A stretch of DNA of 64,000 bases from Octopus sinensis (lineage: Eukaryota), in contig NC_043016.1 of assembly GCF_006345805.1 (NCBI RefSeq), forward strand, positions 9,796,001-9,860,000, given 5' to 3'. The translations under genes and the position numbers were made by a program. The number at the start of each line of letters is the position of its first letter. The first letter of the stretch is position 1. The notes beneath the pieces are model-generated. The model did not search any database. It had not been told where the DNA came from and saw only the letters and a list, made by a program, of their open reading frames with translations. This document shows, one piece after another, positions 1 to 11,315 of the stretch.

Positions 1-63
1 GCAGCCAGGTCATGATTCCTGGGTGTCCTTCTGTTGATGCTTTTTGGTCCCCTGGATATTTTA

Positions 64-295
64 TATTTCTTTACTGCCCACAAGGGGCTAAACATAGAGG
101 GGACAAACAAGGACAGACAAAGGGATTAAGTCGATTACATCGACCCCAGTGCAAAACTGGTGCTTTATTTATCGACCCCGAAAGGATGAAAGGCAAAGTC
201 GACCTCGGCGGAATTTGAACTCACAACGTAACGACAGACGAAATACCGCTAAGCATTTCACCCAACACGCTAACGTTTCTGCCAGCTCGCCGCCT
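64..295 (-). mobile_element. tRNA-derived SINE, Meta-domain type (family A)
   Basis: Reverse complement has a tRNA-like head (GGCGAGCTGGCAGAAACGTTAG...GAGTTCAAATTCC B box) and central GCCTTTCATCCTTTCGGGGTCGATAAA resembling the MetaSINE/Sauria domain. More than 15 copies in the window. Confidence 0.85.
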
Positions 296-510
296 CTTTA
301 TCCCCTGGATATTGGACCCTTGTGCATTGAAACTGGTTTCATCTGGGTGTAATTTCTCTCCAACGACTCAGCCTTCAAACTTATACTTAACCAGCTTAAA
401 AGCTGCACTTTGTGTGGACTTTTAACGTAGCTCCTGCTGAGAGCTAATTGGGCTGCAGCCCCAAACCAAAGAGAGCGATAATAAAAAAGCATTTATTGAT
501 ACCCTACTAA

Positions 511-743
511 TATGGTGAGCTGGCAGAAACGTTAGCACGCTGGGTGAAATGTGTAGCCGTATTTCGTCTGCCGTTATGTTGAGTTCAAATTCCGCCCGAG
601 GTTGACTTTGTCTTTCATCCTTTCGAGGGTCGATAAATGAAGTACCAGTTACACACTGGGGTCGATGTAATCGACTTAATCCGTCTGTCTGTCCTTGTTT
701 GTCTCCTCTGTGTTTAGCCCCTTGTGGGTAATAAAGAAATAGG
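511..743 (+). mobile_element. SINE family A copy
   Basis: Same head, central domain and aaagaaatag tail; inverted relative to the 64-295 copy. Confidence 0.85.
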
Positions 744-1369
744 TATTACTTTAAATTTAGTTTAAATGAAAAACTTGTAACTTCACAAATCTTCGGAGTT
801 CTTTTAAAATTTGAATAGAAGAGATGTGTGTGTGTATGTGTGTGTATGTGTGTGTGTGTGTGTGTATTGTGACTTTGTGTTTGAATTTGTCTCCCAACAC
901 TGCTTGATAACTGGAGTTGCTGTGTTTACATTCATATAACTTATCAGGTCGGTAAAAGAAGCCAATAAAAAATGTACCAGGCACAAAAAAGAAAGAACTG
1001 GTGTTGACCTGTTCAGTTAAAATTCTTCAAGATGGTGCACTAGTGTGGCTGCAGTCTAGTGATTAAAAGTGATAAAAGAACCACTAAATTCCTTGGTAAA
1101 ACTTAAAGCTAAAGGAGTTAAGTTTTGTGCCTCTCATGGTCGCTTTATTTGCTAGAAATAGCAACCCAAATGCTTTTAAATCAGATCCCCATGCTGGATG
1201 TTCAAGAACCAAATGAAGGGCAGATTTTCAATCCCGGAATCATCCTGATTCCAAAAAGATATAATATGTCTATGTAGAGCAGATGTAGATTGAGATACAG
1301 GGATCCCGGACAGACAGACATAAAATTTTGCTTTTATTAATAGAGAAGAAGAAATCACATTGCTTGTCA

Positions 1370-2400
1370 AGGTAACCGTGAAACATCAATGCTTTCACAA
1401 TCACTCATTAAGAGTTACTTCCTCTAGTGGTTCTTTGGAAGGGTCTCTGGAGCAATGTTACTCAACAGAATCGCGTTGGTTGGAGATTAGGGTATTTGTC
1501 CAGGTGGAGCCACTACTTTGCACTGAGAATTGACAGCTCTAGTTCGACAGACAATGTGATTAGAATGTCACAAGACTCACTTACAAGGTAGATTCTTCAA
1601 GCTCAGCCATGTGGCTGGAAACCTAGGGCTAAACCAAGAATGAAATGGTTGGATGATATCCATAGTCTTAGTAGATCATTCTTGGGAATCCAAGCAGGAA
1701 CTGTAATGATGGTTGCTTCTGATAGGACCCTATGGAGGAGGAGGTGCACTGAGGACTCCACCATACACCTGGCAAGAGACCTAGGAGTAGAGCAAGAATG
1801 GAATGGTTGAATAATATCCATAGTTTTAGTAGGTTATGCTTGGAGTTCCATTTAGAAAGAATAATGACAGTTGCTTCTGATAGGACCCTATGGAGAGGAG
1901 GAGGAGGTGCCTGAAGATTCTGTCCCTATGTCTGGCAAGAGACCTAGGGGTAGACCAAGGACGAGATCTTAGTAGGTCATGCTTGGGAATCCAGTGGGAA
2001 AATGTCATGAGAGTTGCTTCTGATAGGACCCTATGGGGGAGGAGATGCCTGAGGACTTCACCATACACCTGGCAAGAGACCTAGGGGTAGAGTAAGAATA
2101 GAATGGTTGGATAATATCCATAGTTTCAGATAGTTAAGCTTGGGAATCCAAGCGGAAACTGCATTGCCGGCTACTTAGAACCCTAAGGAGGGGGTGCCTC
2201 GGGACTACATCATACACCTGGCAAGAGACCTGGGAGTAGATCAAGAATGGAATGGCTGGATAATATCCATAAGCTCAGTTGATCACGCTTGGGAATCCAG
2301 TTGGAAAGTTTAATGACTGTTGCTATTGAAGAGGTGACGGAGAACTTTATTTCCATGACCCTACTAGAAAAAATGGGCAGAGAAAATGGGTGGAGGGATA
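1370..2400 (+). mobile_element. RTE-clade LINE 3' fragment with about 5 tandem copies of its last ~150 bp
   Basis: Repeats translate TPGKRPRSRARMEWLNNIHSF...VASDRTLWR, like the Rex3/Expander C-terminus (GRRPRGRPRTRW...). Units start near 1610, 1765, 1929, 2065, 2214. Confidence 0.75.
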
Positions 2401-3539
2401 AAAGCCACAGAGAAATAAAAATAAAAAGGAAACAAAAAGTCACTAAAACTTTCCTTGGTTTTTCTGGGAAGTGGGGATGTTGGTAGAAAATGAGAGTGGG
2501 TGTTTAACTGGATTTTTTTTTAGGTTAAAAAAAATGCAGTTATAATTAAATGTCATTTACTTGATGACTAGCTCAACACTAACGAGTTGAGTGAGACCGC
2601 TAGAAAGTTTCGTTGAATCCAAAATGTCAAGTATGTTTTGTACCGTAAGTGTATCAGTAAAGTGTTTAATTAACTACCAATTAAAACCAACAACATTGAC
2701 TACTTCATCAGGCAAGTCAAGGAGAAAAAAAAAAAACAGAAAAGAAGAAAAACATCTACGTCAAGCACAGACAATCTTTTTCTTTTTTCCAGTAGCAGAC
2801 CTTATGAGATATATATATTCATCATAAATTGTACCATACCATTAAAACAATAATTTAAGAAAGTCGTTAGTAGTATAATAGAATTCACAGTATATGAATG
2901 ATTACTCTAAACAAATAATTCTATCCAAGAATTTATCAATAGAAAATGAGCGAATGAAAGTAAATGTGGGTGAGAAATGGGCAGAGAAAGGAAGTAAATT
3001 GCTGAAATTAACAAGAGATGAAGTCTAAATATTAGGTTACAAAAAGTTAAGTAAAAAGTCTTTATGGTTAATTATAATCACAATATTACTCATGAGACAC
3101 AAAATGTATATGTGTGTGTGTGCGTGTTTGTGTATGTGTGCATGTGTGAGTGAGTGTATAAGTGGTTAGTTTGCACTGACATGAAGTTGTATAAGCTGTA
3201 GTAATGAAGTCACACCAAAACAGTGATATTTTGAACTCTTCTAATACATATGTTTCAGGTCTGCATAATAAGAAATGGATAATAAGAAATGGATAATACA
3301 TAATAAGAAATGGATCCCATTATGTAAGACCTTCCTCACTTAAAACATTTCAAAATGTTTTTGAAATGTTTTATATATATACACATAATATATATACATA
3401 TATATCACTGTGATTGACCAGGCTATCAGATGTTGCTACACATTGCTGGTCACAATGCGCTTTGCATTGTTTTAGCCTTCAAATGATGCCACCCCACTGG
3501 CTAAGCGAGCAGGCCAATATATATATATATACATATATA

Positions 3540-3853
3540 TCACTGTGATTGCTGTGATTGACCAGGCTATCAGATGTTGCTACACATCGCTGGTCACAAT
3601 GCGCTTCACATTGTTTTAGCCTTCAAATGACGCCGCCCCGCTGGCTAAGTGAGCAGGCCAACAGATGAAAGAGTGAGAGAAAGTTGTGGCGAAAGAGTAC
3701 AGCAGGGATTGCCACCACCCCCTGCTGGAGCCTCGTGGAGTTGTAGATGTTTTCGCTCAATAAACACTCACAACGTCCGGTCTGAGAATCAAAACCATGA
3801 TCCTACGACCGCGAGTCCGCTGCCCTAATCACTGGGCTATTGCACCTCCACAC
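3540..3853 (-). mobile_element. tRNA-Arg-derived SINE (Octopus OR-like); partial 3' duplicate at ~3405-3516
   Basis: Minus strand gtggaggtgcaatagcccagtgattagggcagcggactcgcggtcg is a tRNA head with a TCG anticodon-like loop; related copy at 50634-50935. Confidence 0.7.
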
Positions 3854-3863
3854 ACACACACAC

Positions 3864-4284
3864 ATATTGAATATTATTAAGTAAGAAAATGGAGAGTTTA
3901 AATGGATATAAATTAATTTATTAACATATTGTTAATTAAGCCTACTATTGTTTCAATTTACACTTAATACAAATTACAAACCTATAGAATAAAACAGGTT
4001 TGCATTTTGAAGATTTTGAGTAAAATATCATCAGGGCCAATGGACATTAAAGAAACTGAGTCTGTTGGAGAATCTCAATGGATCAACATGCAGTTTCTTT
4101 AAAGTCCATTGGCCTGATGATATTTTATTCAAAATATTCAAAATGCAAACCTACTTTATTCTATAGGTTTGTAAATTGTATTGAGTGTAAATTGAAACAA
4201 TTGTAGGCTTAATCAACAATATGTTAATAAATTAATTTATATCCATTTAAATGCTCCATTTTCTTACTTAATAATATTCGATAT
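3864..4284. repeat. Long foldback palindrome (~195-bp arms, ~30-bp loop)
   Basis: atattgaatattattaagtaagaaaatggag...aaagaaactg pairs with cagtttcttt...ctccattttcttacttaataatattcgatat. Confidence 0.9.
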
Positions 4285-4354
4285 TTATTATACTAATTTA
4301 TATTGAAGAGATTAATATATCCTCATAGTGGCTATAAATATATATATATAATCA

Positions 4355-4565
4355 TTTGGCCAAGGTATCATGCAGTGGGACTGAACCCAGAACCATGTGG
4401 TTGGAAAGCAAACTCCTTACTACACAGCCATGCCTGCACCTAGATAAGAAGTTTGCTTCCCAACCACATGGTTCTGGGTTCAGTCCCACAGCATGGCACT
4501 TTGGGCAAATGTCTTCCACTGTAGTCTCAGGCCGACTAAAGCCTTGTGAGTGAATTTGGTAGACA
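4355..4565. mobile_element. Two CORE-like SINE (family B) heads joined head-to-head
   Basis: gggactgaacccagaaccatgtggttgg...ccaaccacatggttctgggttcagtccc inverted pair. Confidence 0.75.
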
Positions 4566-4599
4566 TAAATATATAGCATCGCCTGACTGGCTCTTGTAC

Positions 4600-4847
4600 T
4601 GGTGGCATGTAAAAAGCACCATTTGAGCATGGCCATTGCCACTACTGCCTGACTGGCCCTCATGCCAGTGGCATGTAAAAGCACCAACTATACTCTAGGA
4701 GTGGTTGGCATTAGGAAGGGCATCTAGCTGTAGAAACTTTGCCAGATCAGATTGGAGCTTGGTGCAGACTTCTGGCTTGCCAGCCTTCAGTCAAACCGTC
4801 CAATCCATGCCAGCATGAAAATCGGACGTTAAACAATGATGATGATA
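4600..4847 (+). mobile_element. RTE-tail SINE/LINE 3' end (family C); other copies ~7810-8007, 38230-38490, 39270-39535, 48510-48845(-), 55340-55560(-), 57480-58015, 63010-63180(-)
   Basis: Recurrent gtggttggcgttaggaagggcatccagctgtag...ggacgttaaacgatgatgat with a (GAT)n tail. Confidence 0.7.
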
Positions 4848-5529
4848 TATATAGAGCTAGAACTTGATTATGCTTGCTCTATGCAGTTGATTGACCTTTG
4901 GAAAAAATAGGCTATCTTATTGAATAGGAAAGATAGAAAGAGAGAGACAGAGAGAGAGAAAGAGAGACATGAAGAGATAGATAAAGAGAGAGAGAGAGAG
5001 AGATAGGAGATATATTGGAACAAGTTCTAGATAAGTTATGAGTAGATGTTCATGGCTGGACTGTTTTGTTCAAAAGACTATGTTATTACGACTGTCATTA
5101 TGAAATTATTTCTAGATTTCAGCAGAGTGTATTGAATTAAAGCAGTGCTTCTTAACCTAGGTGTTAACTACCCCTTTGGGAAGTGGGTAGCATGATGAGT
5201 TCTCAGAAGGGATGCCAAAACATTTTAAGCAGGTATTATGGAAGGAGCTGAATGTTAAGAGAAGTCAGTTTTTCTTTGAAATAAGATTAAAGGTTTCAAA
5301 TTTCAGTGAGAGGCCAGTAATTTTAGGAGAGTGGTAAGTCATTTTAATCAACTCCAGTGATCAGTTGGTACTTAATAATAATAATAATAATAATAATTGT
5401 GTACAGTGCTCAGGTGCACTACAACTCATCTAAAGTGTATATATAATCAGGTGTAGTTTCGACGGATTTCGGGAAGCATTTTATCAACCTCCAAAAGGAT
5501 GAAAGGGGAAGTTGACCTCATAACAGGTT

Positions 5530-8420
5530 ATTGGCTGAAGAGCTTCACCTTTTATTGGTGAGACCTTATACAATTATATGGAGAAAGTATCAAGGGTGCA
5601 CAAGAACTACCCCAATGATTATCAGCTGCAATTACACTCTTCATTCCCCACAAAATAGCCAAACCAATCTTGCTTAAAATTATCGTCCAGGAGTCTGCTA
5701 GAACTTCATGTAGAAATTATACACTGGGTGCCTCAATCTGTTCTTGCAGGATCATTGTGCCACCAACAATGTTATAACACCTGAGCCAGCTGGAGGAAAG
5801 AAGGTGGGGGCTGTTAAATATAGCTACTAATTAACAGAATGATCCAGGAATAAACAAGGAAAAATCACAGGAACTTAACCATAATGTGGCTGGACTACCA
5901 GGAGGTTTTTGATAGAATACCACATGGGTGGATTATCAAGACTTTACAGTTAGCCAAAGTTCCACAACCATTGGTGAGTGCTATTGAATGCCTGACCAAG
6001 ATTTTGTACACCACTTTATTCCTTGTCATTTTAGGAGTGACAAGGAGCAAATTGAGTCTGATAGCATTTACAATAACAAAAAAGGCATCTTTCCAGGTGG
6101 TAGCTTGTTGGTGTTACTCTTTGACCTCTCATTAAACCCACTGGTATACCCGCTTCCAAAACAGTGATCAGAGAAATGGATCCAGAAGTATCTCCTATCT
6201 TTTCTTTGCTGATAATCTGAAACTGTATGGGACAAATATCAAACGCATTAAAAAAAAACCCCAAAAAACCATTGGACCTTATAAGCCAATTTTCTACAGA
6301 CATTGGAATGAAATTTAGTGATTCCAAATGTACATTTTTAACAATAAAATTCGGAAAAGTTTTGCTTTCCTCTCAAAACCTAAGAATGACTGGCTTGACA
6401 ATACAACCTCTACAGTCAGGTGACAATTATAGGTATCTTGGACAAGGTGAGAATGTCAGATACGACAGGTCCCTCATAAAGGAGGGGACCAGAAATGAAG
6501 ACCTTAAGAGAGTAAAGAGAATATGGTCATCAGAATTCTCAGCTTACAACAAACATATTGTCTACAACACCTTTGCAGTGCTTGTCTGCATGCCTATGTT
6601 TGACCATCTGAACTGGTCGCTAGAAGGACTCAATGAGATGGAATTTTGAAATTGCAAGCCACTCGGTGTTACAGGAAACTTCACATCACTGGAGATGAGA
6701 CCTAGACAGACTGTAAAAGTGGTCTCAAATCTGTATTACTCTTTTACTCTTTACTCTTTTACTTGTTTCTGTCATTTGACTGTGGCCATGCTGGAGCACC
6801 ACCTTTAATCGAGCAACTCGACCCTGGGACTTATTATTTTGTAAGCCCAGTACTTATTCTATCGGTCTCTTTTTGCCGAACCGCTAAGTAACGGGGACAT
6901 AAACACACCAGCATCGGTTGTCAAGCAATGCTAGGGGGGCAAACACACACACGCATAGATATATATATACGATGGGCTTGTTTCAGTTTCCGTCTACCAA
7001 ATCCACTCACAAGGCTTTGGTGGGCCGAGGCTATAGTAGAAGACACTTGCCCAAGGTGCTACACAGTGAGACTGAACCCGGAACCATGTGGTTGGTAAAC
7101 AAGCTACTTACCACACAGCCACTCCTGCGCCTATTAATGTCATATAAAGCATGGATTGTGACACAGTGTTGATGTCATGATGAACAGATCGTGACCTGAA
7201 ACATCTGCAGCAGAGGAAAGAGACCAGTAGTTATCTTGCACAAGTTTGTGACCATGCAATCATCAGCATAATTAAAATAGTTAATGAACATATTGTGAGA
7301 CATGAAAAAAGAGCTGATACAGATCTCTCAACAAGCAACATCAGTAAAATCTATTTATCAGAAGAATAAAATAAAAAATTGGAGCAGTTCACCAAGAAGA
7401 TAGTACATGGGTACTCGGCACATAAACCACAAAGCTCAGAAGGGGTTCTTCATGTTAAATGCTTGCATGGAGTATTGACAAGTTTAGGACATCCCTCTTC
7501 AATGGCTACCTCTATGGAATTCAAGTGTAAGAGATCCCTCACCGAGTATCTGCAGCATAAAAGACAGACAACAAATGTAGACTATGTAAGACCAAGACTG
7601 AAGACATCAACCACATTATTGCCAAATGCGAGAGAATGTCTTCCAGATATTATCTTCCTATGAGGTATGATGTGGTGGCCAGAACAGTCTGGAAAAGACT
7701 AACAAAAAAAAAAAACCTACAAAGTTGACTCTGTTGATACCAATTGGTCAAAAGGAAATTGGTGCAACTTAAAAGTTAAAAGAGCCACAGAGTGAAAACA
7801 CAAGTGTCCCTGGCACCTGTGCAGGTGGCACGTAAAAAGCATCCACTACACTCACGGAGTGGTTGGCGTTAGGAAGGGCATCCAGCTGTAGAAACACTGT
7901 GTCAGGTCAGACTGGGCCTGGCGCAGCCTACTGGCTTCCCAGACCCCAGTTGAACCGTCCAACCCATGCTAGCATGGAAAACGGACGTTAAACGATGATG
8001 ATGATGACCACAAGGAGAAAATATGTACTGTTGTGGAAAACCAGTTGCTCTCTGGACAGGAATGTGGTTAGAAAAATACAAGAGAAAGAGGACATTTATG
8101 GGCCTTTGATAAAGAAGTTTGCAAATCCAGGACCCAAGATACATTTTCATCTTCATACCTATTATCATTGGAGTAAACAGGATACATACCGACCAGTCTG
8201 GAGCAAAGTATGTCTGGATTTGGGTTCTTGGGGAGAGAATGCAAACTCTTTATTCACACGCTACAAATGATTATGATATCTGGTACTATAAAAATTTGCA
8301 AAACCTTCTTAAGATTTGAAGGATAAGGAATACATCAATATCTATCCACAGACATCAGAAAGATCAGAAATGCAACAGAAATTTTAATATTTAGGTCAAG
8401 TGAAAGAGGAGCAGGGAAAA
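5530..8420 (+). mobile_element. Decayed R4/Dong-clade non-LTR retrotransposon (RT, CCHC knuckle, restriction-like endonuclease remnants), interrupted by SINEs
   Basis: WLDYQEVFDRIPHGWII (5884 ORF), KGIF..SL..LLF.L.LNPL, FSTDIGMKF...KC, YRYLG, KRIWSSEFSAYNK (6227 ORF); KCRLCKTKTEDINHIIAKC..RYDVVARTVW at 7573-7692; SCSLDRNV..KIQEKEDIYGPL and FIPIIIG at 8010-8180. Multiple stops and frameshifts. Confidence 0.8.
6736..7131 (-). mobile_element. Full-length CORE-like tRNA SINE (family B)
   Basis: Minus strand ggcgcaggagtggctgtgtggtaagtagcttg...ggttcagtctcact...caccttgggcaagtgtcttc (CORE-like), internal (TA/TG) microsatellite, tail gaaacaagtaaaagagtaaagag. Confidence 0.85.
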
Positions 8421-8542
8421 ATGGCACAGTGATATATGAAATTAATGAAACTCAACTCAATAAAAAAAAAAACTCAACATAGAATATTCTCTGTAGCTTC
8501 TTCCCAATCTGCTGAAGTGCCCACTTCATGATATATCTATTC

Positions 8543-8776
8543 TTATTTCTTTACCGCCCACAAGGGGTTACACACAGAGGGGACAAACAAGGACAGACAA
8601 ACGAATTAAGTCGATTATTTCGACCCCAGTGTGTAACTGGTATTTATTTAATCAACCCCGAAAAGATGAAAGGCAAAGTCGACTTTGGCGGAATTTGAAC
8701 TCAGAATGCAGTGGCAGACGAAATACTGCTAAACATTTTGCCTGGTGGGCTAACGATTCTGCCAGCTCTCCGCCTT
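8543..8776 (-). mobile_element. SINE family A copy
   Basis: Full-length match to the other family A copies. Confidence 0.85.
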
Positions 8777-9113
8777 AATTCCTTACTCATGATATATTTA
8801 TTCACCATGCAATTAAAGACAAGAAATTATTGAAATTAGACATTACTCATTTTACCCCATTTTCGACATCATTTTGTGAAAAGTGAAAATTATCAAACTA
8901 GACATTGGTGTGGGGTAAAAACATTGACTTGGAATCCAATAGAGATAAAAAAAAGAAAAAATTGAGTGTTAAACATCAAAAATTATCCAAGTATTTTATT
9001 AGCAACCTCAATTACAATTAGGTGAAAGTTGAGGAGATATATCCTAAAAAAAAAGAGAACCTGCCACCTAACGATGTTTCGGATGCTCTCACCTTCAACA
9101 ACATCAACTATGT

Positions 9114-9535
9114 TACTCTTTACTCTTTTACTTGTTTCAATCATTTGATTGCAGCCATGCTGGAGCACCGCCTTCAGTCGAGCAAATCGATGTAATCAAG
9201 AAGAGAAAGAAAAAGAAAAAAAAAGAAGCGAATAAACGGTGACCCCCACCCAATAAATAATAACCCTGCATGTCCTGTAAATCGACCCCAGGACTTATTC
9301 TTTGTAAGCCTAGTACTTATTCTATCGGACTCTTTTGCCGAACTGCTAAGTTACGGGGACGTAAACACACCAGCATCGGTTGTCAAGTGATGTTGGATGG
9401 GACAAACACAGACACACAAACATATACACACACACATATATACGACAGGCTTCTTTCAGTTTCCGTCTACCAAATCCACTCACAAGGATTTGGTTGGCCC
9501 GAGGCTATAGTAGAAGACACTTGCCCAAGGTATTT
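9114..9535 (-). mobile_element. SINE family B copy (5' truncated, internal insertion)
   Basis: Family B body and tail. Confidence 0.75.
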
Positions 9536-10064
9536 TTAACTCTAAAGATGATGCAAAAGTACAAAATAATGATGTAATACTCACAATGTAAAAAAAAGGT
9601 AAAAAAAAAAAAAAAAAAAGAAATTACTCATTTTGCCCCGCTTCCTAATTCTTCCCCACTCTCCTATCTTCGAACGAGTTTTTGTATATGTGTTTTGTTC
9701 CCCGCCACCGCTTGACAACCGGTGTTGGTGTGTTTACGTCCTCGTAACATTAGCTGTTCGACAAAAGATATCGATAGAATAAGTACCAGGCTTACAAAAA
9801 AAAAAAAAAAGAACAGGGGTCGATTCATTCCACAAAAAATTCTTCAAGGTGGTGCTGCAGCATGGTCGCAGTCTAATGACTGAAACAAGCACAAAAAAAA
9901 AAAAAAAACGAAATATAAAAGACACACGATCACGCAATGTCAATACGACCTGTCGTCACCTTTTCGTTTTTGTTTTTGTTTCTTTCTCGTTGTTTAATAT
10001 GACAGACATTGTTACTATCCACCCGGATATCAGTCCAATGAAAAAAAAACAAATTAAAGTGGCC

Positions 10065-10465
10065 GCGGGGTAAGAAGCTTGCTTCTCAACCACATGGTTC
10101 CGGGGGTTCCGGGTTCAGTCCCACAGTGTGGCACCTTGGGTCTTCTACTATAGCCTCGGGCCGACCAAAGCCTTGTGAGTGGACGGAAACTGAAAGGAGT
10201 CCGTCGTGTGTGTGTGTGTGTGTGTGTGTGTATGTATGAATGTATACATTTATGAGTGCGTGTTTGTGTGTGTTTGTGTCCCCACCAACTTCGCTTGACA
10301 ACCAATGCTGGTGTGTTTACGTACCCGTAACTTAGCAGTTCGGCAAAAGAGATCCGACAGAATAAGCACCAGGCTTACAAAGAATAAGTCCAGAGGTCGA
10401 TTTGTTCGGCTAAAAGGTAGTGCTCCAGTGTGGTCGCAGTCAAATGACTGAAACAAATAAAAGAA
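10065..10465 (+). mobile_element. SINE family B copy
   Basis: Head ccacatggttccggg...ggcaccttggg, (GT)n, tail gactgaaacaaataaaag. Confidence 0.75.
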
Positions 10466-10939
10466 TATATATATACATATATATAAACATACATGTTTAC
10501 ACACAAATCTCTCTCTCGCTCTATCTGTCTGTCTGACAGTCTGTCCAGCTGGTTGCGTGCGTGTGTGTGTGTGTGTGTGTGTTTGTGTGTGCGTGCGTGT
10601 GTGTGTGTGTGTACATACATACATGCATGTGTGTACGTGTGTTACTAAATAGATATTCAACAAGTGACTGTATATATACACAGATATATGAACACACAAT
10701 TAATGTGTGTGTGCGTATGTATATGTCTGTGTGTATACATGTTTTTCTGTGTATTTAACGTAAAACAAAACATAACAAAGAATAATTGAAAAAAAAACCC
10801 AGAAAAAAAAACAAATGAAAAGTATGCAAAATAAAATTAAAAAAAGTGTACAACATACCGTAAATGGAAACTATTTTATGGGGTTTTTTTTATCACTAAA
10901 ATATTTTCTTGTATATGAAAACTCATTTACATACACGAA

Positions 10940-11228
10940 CAAACAAACGGGCGCGCAAACATACATACACACACACACACTCACTTGACGATTTCCGCCC
11001 ACTGCTCACTTTTTTGTTCAATACGGCCAACATTCAAACACGAGAAAGTCACAAAGTTTGTTCTCTTACAACCAAAGTTTTAATTAACTTTTTCGATAGC
11101 CCTCCTTCCTTCACCATATCAAAGACCCCCACACATATATATATATATATGTGTGTGTTTATATTTTTTAAAAATTAAATATAAAAGCCTTATTATAAAT
11201 GTGTAATTTGTGAATGCAAGAACTGAAG
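10940..11228 (+). promoter_or_regulatory. Putative promoter/5' UTR of the SWAP70-like gene
   Basis: Unique, locally CpG-containing sequence (gggcgcgc, ttccgccc) directly upstream of the ATG. Positional inference only. Confidence 0.3.
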
Positions 11229-11315
11229 ATGGAAGAACTAGAAAAAGCGATTTGGCATGCATTCATATTTCTAGCAGATAAACAGTCTGGTCTTACACAA
11301 AAGTCTAAACTTAAG
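11229..11315 (+). CDS. SWAP70: First coding exon of a SWAP70/DEF6-family Rho-GEF/PH-domain protein (N-terminal EF-hand-like region); possible in-frame upstream ATG at 11214
   Basis: Translates MEELEKAIWHAFIFLADKQSGLTQKSKLK, matching the recalled SWAP70 N-terminus (EELLKAIWHAF...SGKVSKSQLK). Ends in phase 0 at a strong donor AAG|GTGAGT (11316). Too short for the ORF track. Confidence 0.87.

Noticed and set aside
12-492. Short ORFs such as MQNWCFIYRPRKDERQSRPRRNLNSQ recurring across the window
   Set aside because: They recur because they are translations of SINE family A, not a gene family.
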